In this document: one piece after another, positions 11,334 to 19,373 of the stretch
Layout: every line of letters begins with the position of its first letter
Numbering within the stretch: position 1 is the first letter of the stretch
Assembly (NCBI GenBank): GCA_963777605.1
Contig: CAVZRV010000027.1
Span: 320,001-384,000 of the forward strand
DNA length: 64,000 nucleotides
Direction: 5' to 3'
Origin: an uncultured Acidobacteriota bacterium
GTDB taxonomy: Bacteria > Acidobacteriota > UBA6911 > RPQK01 > JAPXNP01
Notes under the pieces: generated by a model
Seen by the model: only the letters and a program-made list of their open reading frames with translations
Told to the model about the DNA's origin: nothing
The model's database searches: none
Program-made: the position numbers and the translations under genes

Positions 11334-11789
11334 ATGGAATCCGATTCGTTGCGCAGGCGGCCGTCACGGGCCCGAAAAGGGAAGGCCGTCGCACTCCGCT
11401 ATCGACCTGACGAGCAGCAGTCGCCTGTCGTACTGGGCAAAGGGGAAGGAACCATCGCCGACCGCATCCTGGAGGTCGCCCAACTCCACGACATTCCGAT
11501 CCGGCAAGACCCGGACCTGGTCGAGGTCCTCTCCCAACTCGACCTCAACACCGAGATTCCGCGACACGTTTACCTGGCGGTCGCGGAGATTCTGAATTTT
11601 GTCTACCAGTCGAGCCGGGGCTACCGGCGGGAAATGGCCGAGAGCTACCTGCGCCTGGGCGATCAGCGCCAGGCCCAGGGTGACAACTCAGGCGCTTTGC
11701 GGAGTTGGCAGACAGCGCGGGACATTTTCCTGGACCTCGGAGAGCAGGAACTGGCCGGTCGAGCCGAGCTACGCATGAGAATAAGTTGA
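11334..11789 (+). CDS. EscU/YscU/HrcU (FlhB C-terminal-like, FlhX-type) protein with a C-terminal TPR-like extension
   Basis: KAVALRY...PVVLGKGEGTIADRILEVA..HDIPIRQDPDLVEVL...EIPRHVYLAVAEIL. Confidence 0.88.
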   Translation: MESDSLRRRPSRARKGKAVALRYRPDEQQSPVVLGKGEGTIADRILEVAQLHDIPIRQDPDLVEVLSQLDLNTEIPRHVYLAVAEILNFVYQSSRGYRREMAESYLRLGDQRQAQGDNSGALRSWQTARDIFLDLGEQELAGRAELRMRIS

Positions 11790-11907
11790 CGGCATCACCC
11801 GGACAAGTTCACCTTCTGGTACAATTCTTTCGCTGCTCAATGTTGAACTACGGCTGTCCACTCCAAATTCGCTGAGCGATTGCCTCTCGAAAGGAACTCC
11901 TCAAAAG

Positions 11908-13869
11908 ATGAAAATCCTTCTCAGTTCGGTGTTTGGACCGTATGGTGTCGATGACGAGTATGGTCGCAAAGAGAACATCATGGAACTGTTCCACAATCAG
12001 GTCACGCGGGAGCAGGGACTTTTCTCGTTCCGGTTCCACCACAACAGTTTCGGCCTGAACCTGATCGCGGAGAACCTGACCGTCCCAACAACCGTTCTCG
12101 ACTTTCCGTCGCAGGAACGGTTCATCGAGGAAATCCGCAAAGGCTACGACTACATCGGCATCTCTTTCATCGTGCCGAATTTCGTGAAGGCCCGGCGAAT
12201 GGCGGAACTGATCCGTCAGCACGCACCGAACAGCAAGATCGTCCTCGGCGGCCATGGTGTCACTGTTCCGGACATCGAGAACCTGATTGAACACGACCAC
12301 ATCTGCAAGGGTGAAGGGGTGCGCTGGTTTCGGGCTCTGCTCGGAGAAGACCCCGAGAAGCCGATAAAGCATCCATCGTTGCCGTCTGCATTCGGACGCA
12401 GAGTTGCGGGGATTCCGTTGAAGAACATGGAGGCCGCAGTCCTGATCCCCGGAGTCGGTTGCCCCAACGCCTGCCGGTTCTGCTGCACCAGCCATTTCTT
12501 CGACAAGAGCTACACGCCATACCTGGAAACGGGTGACGACCTGTTCCGGGCCTGCCGCGACATCGAAGAGAACCTTGGCAGCACGGAGTTCTTCGTCATG
12601 GACGAGAACTTCCTCAAGCGCCCGGAGCGCGCGCGCCGGTTCATGCAACTCATGGAGGAGAACAACAAGTTCTACCGCTTCGGCATTTTCTCGTCAGCGG
12701 AGACGATTGCCGACGTCGGAGTCGAGTTCATGGCACGCCTCGGTGTCTACTTCGTCTGGCTGGGCGTCGAGTCGAAAAAGGAGATCTACAACAAGAACCG
12801 CGGCATCGATCACAAGGCGATGATTCAGGAACTGAGGGACCACGGTATCAGCGTGCTTGCGTCTGGGATCCTCTTCCTCGAGGAGCACGACAAGACGACG
12901 ATCTGGGACGATATCAAGTTCATTGTCGACCTGGGGTCCGACCTGGTTCAGTTCATGCAGCTTGGTCCCCTGCCCGGGACGAAGCTCTACCATGACTACG
13001 ACGAGAAGGGGCTGCTTCGAAAGGACCTGGCTTACGAAGAGTGGCACGGTCAGCACCAGATCTGGTTCCGGCATCCCAGCTTCACGGCAGAGGAATCGGA
13101 GGATTACCTGCGGCAGGCGTTCCGCTACGATTACGACAACCAGGGCTCTTCCCTGCTCCGGATGTGCCAGACCATTATCAGGGGATACAAGACACTCGGC
13201 CGTTACCAGGATCCCTACATGGTCAGGCGCAGAGAAATGCTCCGAAACATGGCCACTGAATATCGTCAGGTGATCAGGGTTCTCAAGAGGTACGCCCACA
13301 ATGACAGGGCTCGCGAACTGGCTGAAGCACTGAATGCCGAGTACGAGGCTCAACTGGGCCCGATGCCGCTCACGCAGAAGGCCATGTCGCTGATGGCCCT
13401 GCCGTACGCCGCCATGGAGATCCGGCGGATCCGTAACGGGAAATCGATGTACCAGCCCGCCACCCGGACGACTCATTACCGCATGTCGCTGGTTGACCTT
13501 GCGGCCCAGAGCATCAGGGGAAGGAACAGTTCGAACCTGCTCAGCACTGAAATCAAATGGGTCGAGTCCCCGGTCCACGTCGAAGTCGGTGGTGTCATGG
13601 ATGGAGTGAATGCGACCAGTCTGGCCCAGCGGCTCACCGCCTACCTGAGCCGTGAAGACGGGGACTTGACGATCAACCTGAACCTCCTGGTTCACATCGA
13701 AGACGGGGCGCTGAACGGGCTTCTGATGACGATCAGCAACTACCGCGACAGGGTGAAGCTGGTGTTCGAAGAGGGCGCCGAAGCAGTCAAAGAGTCCCTG
13801 GAGAACCTCCCGGCTGAGCTGCGGCTCCTCCTGGTAGACACCTCGCCAGGCACCCAGACCCCCGGCTAG
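11908..13869 (+). CDS. Cobalamin-binding radical SAM protein with a C-terminal STAS-like domain
   Basis: B12-binding-like YIGISF..KIVLGGHG; CxxxCxxC motif (CPNACRFC); MDENF, GVES and PLPGT motifs. Confidence 0.88.
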   Translation: MKILLSSVFGPYGVDDEYGRKENIMELFHNQVTREQGLFSFRFHHNSFGLNLIAENLTVPTTVLDFPSQERFIEEIRKGYDYIGISFIVPNFVKARRMAELIRQHAPNSKIVLGGHGVTVPDIENLIEHDHICKGEGVRWFRALLGEDPEKPIKHPSLPSAFGRRVAGIPLKNMEAAVLIPGVGCPNACRFCCTSHFFDKSYTPYLETGDDLFRACRDIEENLGSTEFFVMDENFLKRPERARRFMQLMEENNKFYRFGIFSSAETIADVGVEFMARLGVYFVWLGVESKKEIYNKNRGIDHKAMIQELRDHGISVLASGILFLEEHDKTTIWDDIKFIVDLGSDLVQFMQLGPLPGTKLYHDYDEKGLLRKDLAYEEWHGQHQIWFRHPSFTAEESEDYLRQAFRYDYDNQGSSLLRMCQTIIRGYKTLGRYQDPYMVRRREMLRNMATEYRQVIRVLKRYAHNDRARELAEALNAEYEAQLGPMPLTQKAMSLMALPYAAMEIRRIRNGKSMYQPATRTTHYRMSLVDLAAQSIRGRNSSNLLSTEIKWVESPVHVEVGGVMDGVNATSLAQRLTAYLSREDGDLTINLNLLVHIEDGALNGLLMTISNYRDRVKLVFEEGAEAVKESLENLPAELRLLLVDTSPGTQTPG

Positions 13870-13917
13870 ATCGATGGCAGGCACGTGTTGGGGAGCCTGA
13901 AAGTCATACCCTCTGTT

Positions 13918-13985
13918 GGACTTTTTATCGGGCGTTGATGGGACTTTTCCGTTGCGAGTCCTTTCGGGACTTCACGGACTTGACG
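13918..13985 (+). promoter_or_regulatory. GGACTT direct repeats overlapping a TTGACG -35-like box upstream of the HTH gene
   Basis: GGACTT at 13918, 13941, 13967 and 13976; 9-nt units gagtccttt/cgggacttc/acggacttg; TTGACG at 13980. Confidence 0.4.
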
Positions 13986-14063
13986 TCAAGCTGTTGCGAA
14001 ATAAAGACATCCCCTCAAGTGCCTGAAGCTGGAACGGGAACTGCTCTGAGAAGTGTTCCGATT

Positions 14064-14336
14064 ATGAACTTCTCAGCACCCCGATCTACGCAACAATCCG
14101 CCGGCGGGCCCAGTGGACCGACCGGCCTTCTCCAGATCTACCTGTCCAGTTCCCGAAAGGAGCGGACTCAGAGGTTCATCGACACCCGGGCCGCGGCTGA
14201 ACTCACCGGCCTGTCCCGCAGAACCATTCAGTGGTGGATCGAGACAGGCCTGATCGAGGCCGTCCGAATTGGGCGTCGCTACCAGATCGACCGGAGGTCT
14301 CTATTGACGCACCTCAGTGCAGTCTCGAGTTGCTGA
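14064..14336 (+). CDS. Small excisionase/MerR-like helix-turn-helix protein (HTH_17, BldC/Xis-like)
   Basis: IDTRAAAELTGLSRRTIQWWIETGLIEAVRIGRRYQIDRRSL. Confidence 0.85.
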   Translation: MNFSAPRSTQQSAGGPSGPTGLLQIYLSSSRKERTQRFIDTRAAAELTGLSRRTIQWWIETGLIEAVRIGRRYQIDRRSLLTHLSAVSSC

Positions 14337-14444
14337 GGTCGGAAGCACCCCTCCAGGCCGGAAGGGCTCCCCGATGCAGCAGTCACTCTCCTTCCGGGAA
14401 CGGTGTGGTAATTTCGTGCGCTGAAACCCTCCAAAGTTGAGGGG

Positions 14445-15170
14445 TCATTCAAATCGCGAGAGGTTTGCGGTAGCCCTGTCCAGAAGAAAGAGAGTGATCA
14501 TCGGCGAAGCGATCAAGACAATCGATGCACACAGCAGCGGAAGCAGAGTCGGGCCTGTTGATGATGACTGCGATCCGAGGAAGTTCACGGCTACCGCGAG
14601 GAGAATGCCACACCCGAATTGGATCCCTATCCAGAAGGCGTCGCGACCCGGACTCCTCTCGGGGCGTATCACCGCCCAGAACTGGAAGGCAATCAAGGGC
14701 ACGATGACGTAGAGGTTGGAGACAACCGCGAGGATACTGAACAGTCCCCTCCCCATCCAGGGCAATTCCGGAGCCGCTCCGGCCATCCCCAGTACCAGGG
14801 AAGGGCTCCCCGCTATCAACAGCACTGCCGACGACGAGATCCCCCACAGCGAATATCCGAGGATGATTTCGAAGGGATGTCGTGAGAGCAGGCGAAGCCA
14901 GGACAGACTCCCGCCGTCCCTGGCCTGAAGAGTACCGAGAAAGACCATCAGCAGGCTTGCGGGGAGCGCCGCCTCAAACCCGAGACTCTGGATCCGAGCC
15001 GAAATCAGGGGGTCTCCGAAATCAGGGATCAGCCCGGACAAAGGTATCCACAAAAGTTCGATGCTCGCAGCCACCAGGAGCGGGGTCCGCAACGACCTGA
15101 ACTGGACCCAGGCAATTCTCCTGGAACGCTCCCACCATCCAGTTCGAATGCCTCTCGGCAAGATGTCCAT
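14445..15170 (-). CDS. Multi-pass membrane protein, ABC-2 permease-like
   Basis: ~6 hydrophobic segments; LSWLRLLSRHPFEII parallels WNWLRLLSPHPRALV in the adjacent permease; 3-nt gap to it. Confidence 0.6.
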   Translation of the reverse strand: MDILPRGIRTGWWERSRRIAWVQFRSLRTPLLVAASIELLWIPLSGLIPDFGDPLISARIQSLGFEAALPASLLMVFLGTLQARDGGSLSWLRLLSRHPFEIILGYSLWGISSSAVLLIAGSPSLVLGMAGAAPELPWMGRGLFSILAVVSNLYVIVPLIAFQFWAVIRPERSPGRDAFWIGIQFGCGILLAVAVNFLGSQSSSTGPTLLPLLCASIVLIASPMITLFLLDRATANLSRFE

Positions 15171-15173
15171 GAC

Positions 15174-15851
15174 TCAGGCCCCGTCTCTCGTGAAGCGGGC
15201 TCCCAATTCGACGGCGAGAACGGCAAAGCCCAGGCCGGCTGCACCCGCCAGTATGACTGCCCCGAATGCCTCGCCGGGCGAAAGCGTCGGGATCTCCAAC
15301 GACAGGGCGCCATTTGCCTCTCCCAGCATCAGGGCGGCACTCGCAAACATCTCGATCGAGCAAAGCCCCAGGATCACCGCCAGGTAACCACGCCTCACCG
15401 CAACTACCAGGACAAAAACCACGCAGCCCAGGATCCACCCTGCTGCCGTCATGACAAACCAGACGGCAATGCGGAGCGAGGATCCGCCAATCGTGTCATG
15501 AACCAGCCAGCCCGGAAGAAGAGCCAGGCTGAAGAGCCCGTAGAAGAGGAATGAGACCAGCAGCTTTGCCGACACGAGGGCGCGAGGATGGGGCGACAGC
15601 AGCCGCAGCCAGTTCCAGGTCTTCCTTGTCTTTTCCCGGAAGATCACCAGTGTCGGGAAGACCACCCCCGCCAGGACACAAAGCGACGCCGTCACGGCCA
15701 GAAGGAGCGGATCGGCAGTGTCGCCAAAGAACACCAGGGCGAGGCATCCCCCGACCGCCAGCAAAGCCACGGGCAGTAGCGGGAGCCCCAGTTCGACCAG
15801 GTCCTTTCTCAATATCCTCAGCACCGATCGCACCATGGTCATCCCCACCAT
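15174..15851 (-). CDS. ABC-2 type transporter permease
   Basis: ILRKDLVEL start and REKTRKTWNWLRLLSP..LVSAKLL motif typical of ABC-2 permeases; abuts the ATPase gene. Confidence 0.8.
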   Translation of the reverse strand: MVGMTMVRSVLRILRKDLVELGLPLLPVALLAVGGCLALVFFGDTADPLLLAVTASLCVLAGVVFPTLVIFREKTRKTWNWLRLLSPHPRALVSAKLLVSFLFYGLFSLALLPGWLVHDTIGGSSLRIAVWFVMTAAGWILGCVVFVLVVAVRRGYLAVILGLCSIEMFASAALMLGEANGALSLEIPTLSPGEAFGAVILAGAAGLGFAVLAVELGARFTRDGA

Positions 15852-16538
15852 CTACTGGTCGGCCGGATAATGACTCCAGAACCAGTCGGCAATCCCGTCC
15901 TCACCCACTTCGGCGGCCGGAGTGTCCCCAACGATCCGCCCTCTCTTGATCAGCACATAACGGGAGGATAAAGGGGTCAGGTCCTCGAACACGTGACTCG
16001 ACACGATCACTGCGCAGGAGGAGCGCTCCCGATGGTCCGAGACAGCCGCTGAGAATTCCCGCTTGGCCACCGGGTCCAGTCCTGCTGTCGGCTCGTCCAG
16101 CAGAAGCAGAGGTGGGTCATGGGCCAGCGCGCAGATGAGTCCCAGCTTGATCTGGTTGCCCCGCGACAACTCCGCGTATTTCAAGCTGAGCCTCAGTTCG
16201 AGCCGTTGCGCAAGGGCGACGGCGTAACCACGGTCCCACCCGGAGTAGAAGCCGGCCACGAATTCGAGCACGTCATAGCCCTTCATCCAGTCGTAGATAT
16301 CGAGCCGATGCGGAAGATATCCCACCCTGCCGCCGCTTTCACCCAAACGACGTTTCAGTTCCCCGCCCGTCGGGCTCCGGAGTCCGGCCGCCATCTCCAG
16401 AAGCGTGGTCTTGCCGGCTCCATTTTCACCGAGTAACCCCACGACCTCGCCATCTCCAACCGACAGATTGAACGGACCGACACGGATACCGTTGGGGTAG
16501 GTCTTTTCCAGTTCAAGACACTTGAGAATGGTCGTCAT
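15852..16538 (-). CDS. ABC transporter ATP-binding protein
   Basis: Walker A GENGAGKTT, signature LSRGN, Walker B LLLLDEPTAGLDP, SSH switch. Confidence 0.95.
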   Translation of the reverse strand: MTTILKCLELEKTYPNGIRVGPFNLSVGDGEVVGLLGENGAGKTTLLEMAAGLRSPTGGELKRRLGESGGRVGYLPHRLDIYDWMKGYDVLEFVAGFYSGWDRGYAVALAQRLELRLSLKYAELSRGNQIKLGLICALAHDPPLLLLDEPTAGLDPVAKREFSAAVSDHRERSSCAVIVSSHVFEDLTPLSSRYVLIKRGRIVGDTPAAEVGEDGIADWFWSHYPADQ

Positions 16539-16550
16539 CCCAAATCCCTC

Positions 16551-17180
16551 TCAAAATCCGCCGATCCTTACGACTACCTCATACGCCAGGTAGGGACCGG
16601 CAACACAGACCACTGACCGCCGCCAGCGAATGTTCAGGACGGCAGAAGCTGCCCCTGAAGCGAGCACCAAGTACCAGATCTTTGCGGCGACATGAAAGAG
16701 CCCAACCGTCTGGAGGACCCAACTGTGCTCCATCGCGGCGGCAACCGCTCCGGGGTCGAGGGCTTGCCCGGAATCCAGCCCGTCGGGAGGATTCAATGCC
16801 AGCAGAACAAAGCCTGCAGCACCCGCCAGAACGAACGGAAGGTAGGCATACCCAATCAACTCGACCAGCTTCCGGAAACGGATTTCCGCATTCCAGAAGA
16901 GAATCGCCGCGGTACCGATGACCCCGGCAATCAGCGGCCACGTCAGTACGTACACAACCAGGAACAGGAGACTCTGCACCAACCCGAAGCGCTCGAGAAA
17001 CTCCTGCATAGCTTCCGGAAGATTTGACGAGAAGGCGCGTGAAACCAGGTTGACCGAACCGGAGGCCAGACCGCCTGCGACGACTACCAACGCCGCAGGA
17101 ATGGTCCACTCGAACGGGCGGGTGACTCGGGACCGAAAGAAGCCGTTCGGATCGATTAGAAAGGAGAGGGCGTCCGACAT
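16551..17180 (-). CDS. Yip1 family membrane protein
   Basis: GGAGGA RBS before ATG 17180; LIDPNGFF start, FRKLVELIGYAYLP motif, ~5 TM helices. Confidence 0.8.
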   Translation of the reverse strand: MSDALSFLIDPNGFFRSRVTRPFEWTIPAALVVVAGGLASGSVNLVSRAFSSNLPEAMQEFLERFGLVQSLLFLVVYVLTWPLIAGVIGTAAILFWNAEIRFRKLVELIGYAYLPFVLAGAAGFVLLALNPPDGLDSGQALDPGAVAAAMEHSWVLQTVGLFHVAAKIWYLVLASGAASAVLNIRWRRSVVCVAGPYLAYEVVVRIGGF

Positions 17181-17728
17181 AGTTCCTCCACGATGATCCC
17201 AATCGTGACTTCGGCTTCGATGAACGCGGCCAACACCGTCAACCCCATTGCCAAGCCGAAGGCCACCGGGAGAACCCTCAGGGCTCCAGGTTGAAAGAAC
17301 GCTCCGCCGCCAAGAAAGGTGCCGGTGAAACGGGGGCCGAGAAAGCCGATCCCCGCCGCCAGCCAGAGCCCGCCCAGTTCCATGGAATGCGGCGCCGAAG
17401 CCCAGAAGATTTGCAACGGTTCCAATCCACCCTGCCAGGCCGCGCCGGCCACCGCCCCAAAAACAAATCCAGACCCGGCCACCGTCATGAAAGTTGTAAT
17501 CCCAAAAGTAAAAAGCCCCAGAGCGGCAAGAAGCACCACCAGTGAGTTGACCTTGAGAATGGCCAAGAAAGAAGGGGCAATGATCAAGGGAAGAAGCGGC
17601 GAGGTGGTCGGGATCGAGTCCTTCGGGAAATGGGAGGTTATCAGGATTCCGCAAGAGCAAGCTGACATCCACAAGAGCAAAGCCCACAAGAATCCATTAC
17701 CCAAACTCCGATTAAGGACACACCTCAT
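17156..17728 (-). CDS. SpoIIM / DUF95 family membrane protein
   Basis: ILKVNSLV, APHSMELGGLWLAAGIG (PHG..E-type motif) and VLAAFIEAEVT motifs. Confidence 0.8.
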   Translation of the reverse strand: MRCVLNRSLGNGFLWALLLWMSACSCGILITSHFPKDSIPTTSPLLPLIIAPSFLAILKVNSLVVLLAALGLFTFGITTFMTVAGSGFVFGAVAGAAWQGGLEPLQIFWASAPHSMELGGLWLAAGIGFLGPRFTGTFLGGGAFFQPGALRVLPVAFGLAMGLTVLAAFIEAEVTIGIIVEELCRTPSPF

Positions 17729-17788
17729 TTCCGGCCCCCGCAACGGCACGGGTTTTCTCCGAAGCCGCCCGGAACTCCCTTCTGTCCA

Positions 17789-18220
17789 TCACCACTCACT
17801 GCAGGTCCCGTCTGAACTTGCCCCTGGCGTAGCCACGTACTTTCGGAGCCTGGTCTGTGTGTCACGAATCATGAAGTAGCAACCCATAATCACTCCAGCG
17901 GCAAACAGGTGTGCGAGCGCAAGTATTCCGAAGTAGCGATCGACATCATAGGTTGATCGAATCACCAGCCCTCCGAGACCGGTCAAGGTCACGGCAAACA
18001 GAACCACCAAGACAAGGACGGCGATTCTCCTCCCAAGGCTGATACATTTCGCGCCAGCAATGAAAGCGACTGAAAGGGTAAGAACGATGCCTGCGTCAGT
18101 AATGACGGTACCTGCGAACCAAGCCAGATCGTCAATGTTCCTCAAAACAAGGAGGTACACTTGGGCTACAAAGACTGTTGCGGCAATCGACAGTAACAAC
18201 ACTCCCCATTTCATAATCAC
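17789..18220 (-). CDS. 4-TM membrane protein, candidate immunity/accessory protein
   Basis: AAGGAG RBS; four hydrophobic helices; lies between the precursor and SpoIIM genes. Confidence 0.65.
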   Translation of the reverse strand: MIMKWGVLLLSIAATVFVAQVYLLVLRNIDDLAWFAGTVITDAGIVLTLSVAFIAGAKCISLGRRIAVLVLVVLFAVTLTGLGGLVIRSTYDVDRYFGILALAHLFAAGVIMGCYFMIRDTQTRLRKYVATPGASSDGTCSEW

Positions 18221-18321
18221 TTCTCCTTCATTCTCGCCCGAAGTAGGAGTGCAAAAACTCCGGACTCAAAAGAGCTCCGTGCGTATCAGCCTCAGCACTA
18301 GTCCATTCATTTGAGATCAGC

Positions 18322-18354
18322 GGACGCGGCAATTGGGGATGGACTACCGCGTCC
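18322..18354 (-). terminator. Stem-loop downstream of the precursor gene (partial terminator or mRNA-stabilising hairpin)
   Basis: ggacgcggcaat (18322-18333) and actaccgcgtcc (18343-18354) form an inverted repeat; no U-tract. Confidence 0.55.
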
Positions 18355-18388
18355 TGGTTGAAAAAGAACAAGATAGTGGACCGGTGAT

Positions 18389-18646
18389 CTAGACTGCGAC
18401 TGCAAACCCTGCAGCCCACCCGGCAGGAGTACACACCAAAGTGCCGGCTGCGATTCCCCATAGTGTCGAGTGCAGGGCACCGGTCGTGCCCAAGATCAAT
18501 CCCGCCTCGGCAGAACCTCTATCGGACCTGGCGCAAAGGTAGCCGATCCCCACCCACATTTTTCCATCCATGACTCCGACCTGGCCGAGCGCCAGGGTCG
18601 AGAAACAGGCCAGCAGCAGCACCGCCGCCATCAGTCTTCGCTTCAT
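18389..18646 (-). CDS. Putative circular (head-to-tail) bacteriocin-like precursor peptide, 85 aa
   Basis: AGGAGGAGG RBS; signal-like leader MKRRLMAAVLLLACFSTLALG; Gly/Ala-rich hydrophobic core ending PAGWAAGFAVAV; first gene of a SpoIIM-Yip1-ABC operon. Confidence 0.75.
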   Translation of the reverse strand: MKRRLMAAVLLLACFSTLALGQVGVMDGKMWVGIGYLCARSDRGSAEAGLILGTTGALHSTLWGIAAGTLVCTPAGWAAGFAVAV

Positions 18647-18844
18647 CTCGATCCTCCTCCTGAATCCGACCGGGAGAACCATTCATTCGCCTCTCCCGGC
18701 CCATCACCGGGCCTCTCCGGCCCGGCGGTTCGATCCCGAGGCCTCAGGGCTGTCTCAATCTTCGACGTCGGATCCGCGCCCGGCACCGACCGGGCAACGC
18801 CGTCCCGGTTACCCTATCCTCAGTCCTTTCAACTGTCCAGCGCG

Positions 18845-18871
18845 GAATGCGCCGATTGCGCCAACTGCGCC
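18845..18871. repeat. Three tandem 9-bp direct repeats (nnnTGCGCC) upstream of the precursor gene
   Basis: gaatgcgcc gattgcgcc aactgcgcc. Confidence 0.6.
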
Positions 18872-19373
18872 GCAATCGTTTCGAGGTGCCCGAAATCCGG
18901 TTCTGGGACCGGGCCTGGGTGGACCGTGTTGAGGAAGTCCGCTATCGCCACCCACTGTGACCTCACGTGTTGGCGATTGGCGGTTGCATCATCGAATCTG
19001 CGCGGTGGCGCACGGTTTCAGAACAAACCGGAAATCAAGAATCCTGAATTGAGACTGTTCTGGCTTTCCCTCCAGAAACGAGAAACCAGGAACCACAGGA
19101 GCTCATCCCAAATGAAGTCTCAAGCGATGCCGGGAGTGGGGTCGCCGTCGACCTCAGGTTGGAGTAGGAGTCATCGAATCGGAAGAGATTCGCTTTCTGT
19201 GCTCAGGGTCCACAGGAAGTGTGGAAAAGGCTGTGAAAAACCTGCGGCAGCTCAGTTGGACTCAGTGTCCGCTGCGGTTTGCACGATTCTAGTGCACCGC
19301 CCTCCAAAGGACACAATCCACCAAAAAAACGCAGAATTCAGTGTAAGATATGCAATGGTGGTATACTTCTTGC

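Noticed and set aside
14064-14336. Prophage or ICE indicated by the excisionase-like gene
   Set aside because: No integrase, att-bearing tRNA, phage or conjugation genes in the window
16551-17687. 378-aa ORF as a single protein
   Set aside because: The 5' half overlaps the SpoIIM gene in another frame; the Yip1 gene has its own RBS and ATG at 17180
18228-18461. 77-aa ORF as a second precursor peptide
   Set aside because: Overlaps the precursor out of frame, has no RBS and runs through the stem-loop
19206-19240. DnaA-box-like sequences (tgtggaaaa, tgtgaaaaa) as a replication origin
   Set aside because: Only two or three imperfect boxes, with no dnaA/dnaN and no clear unwinding element
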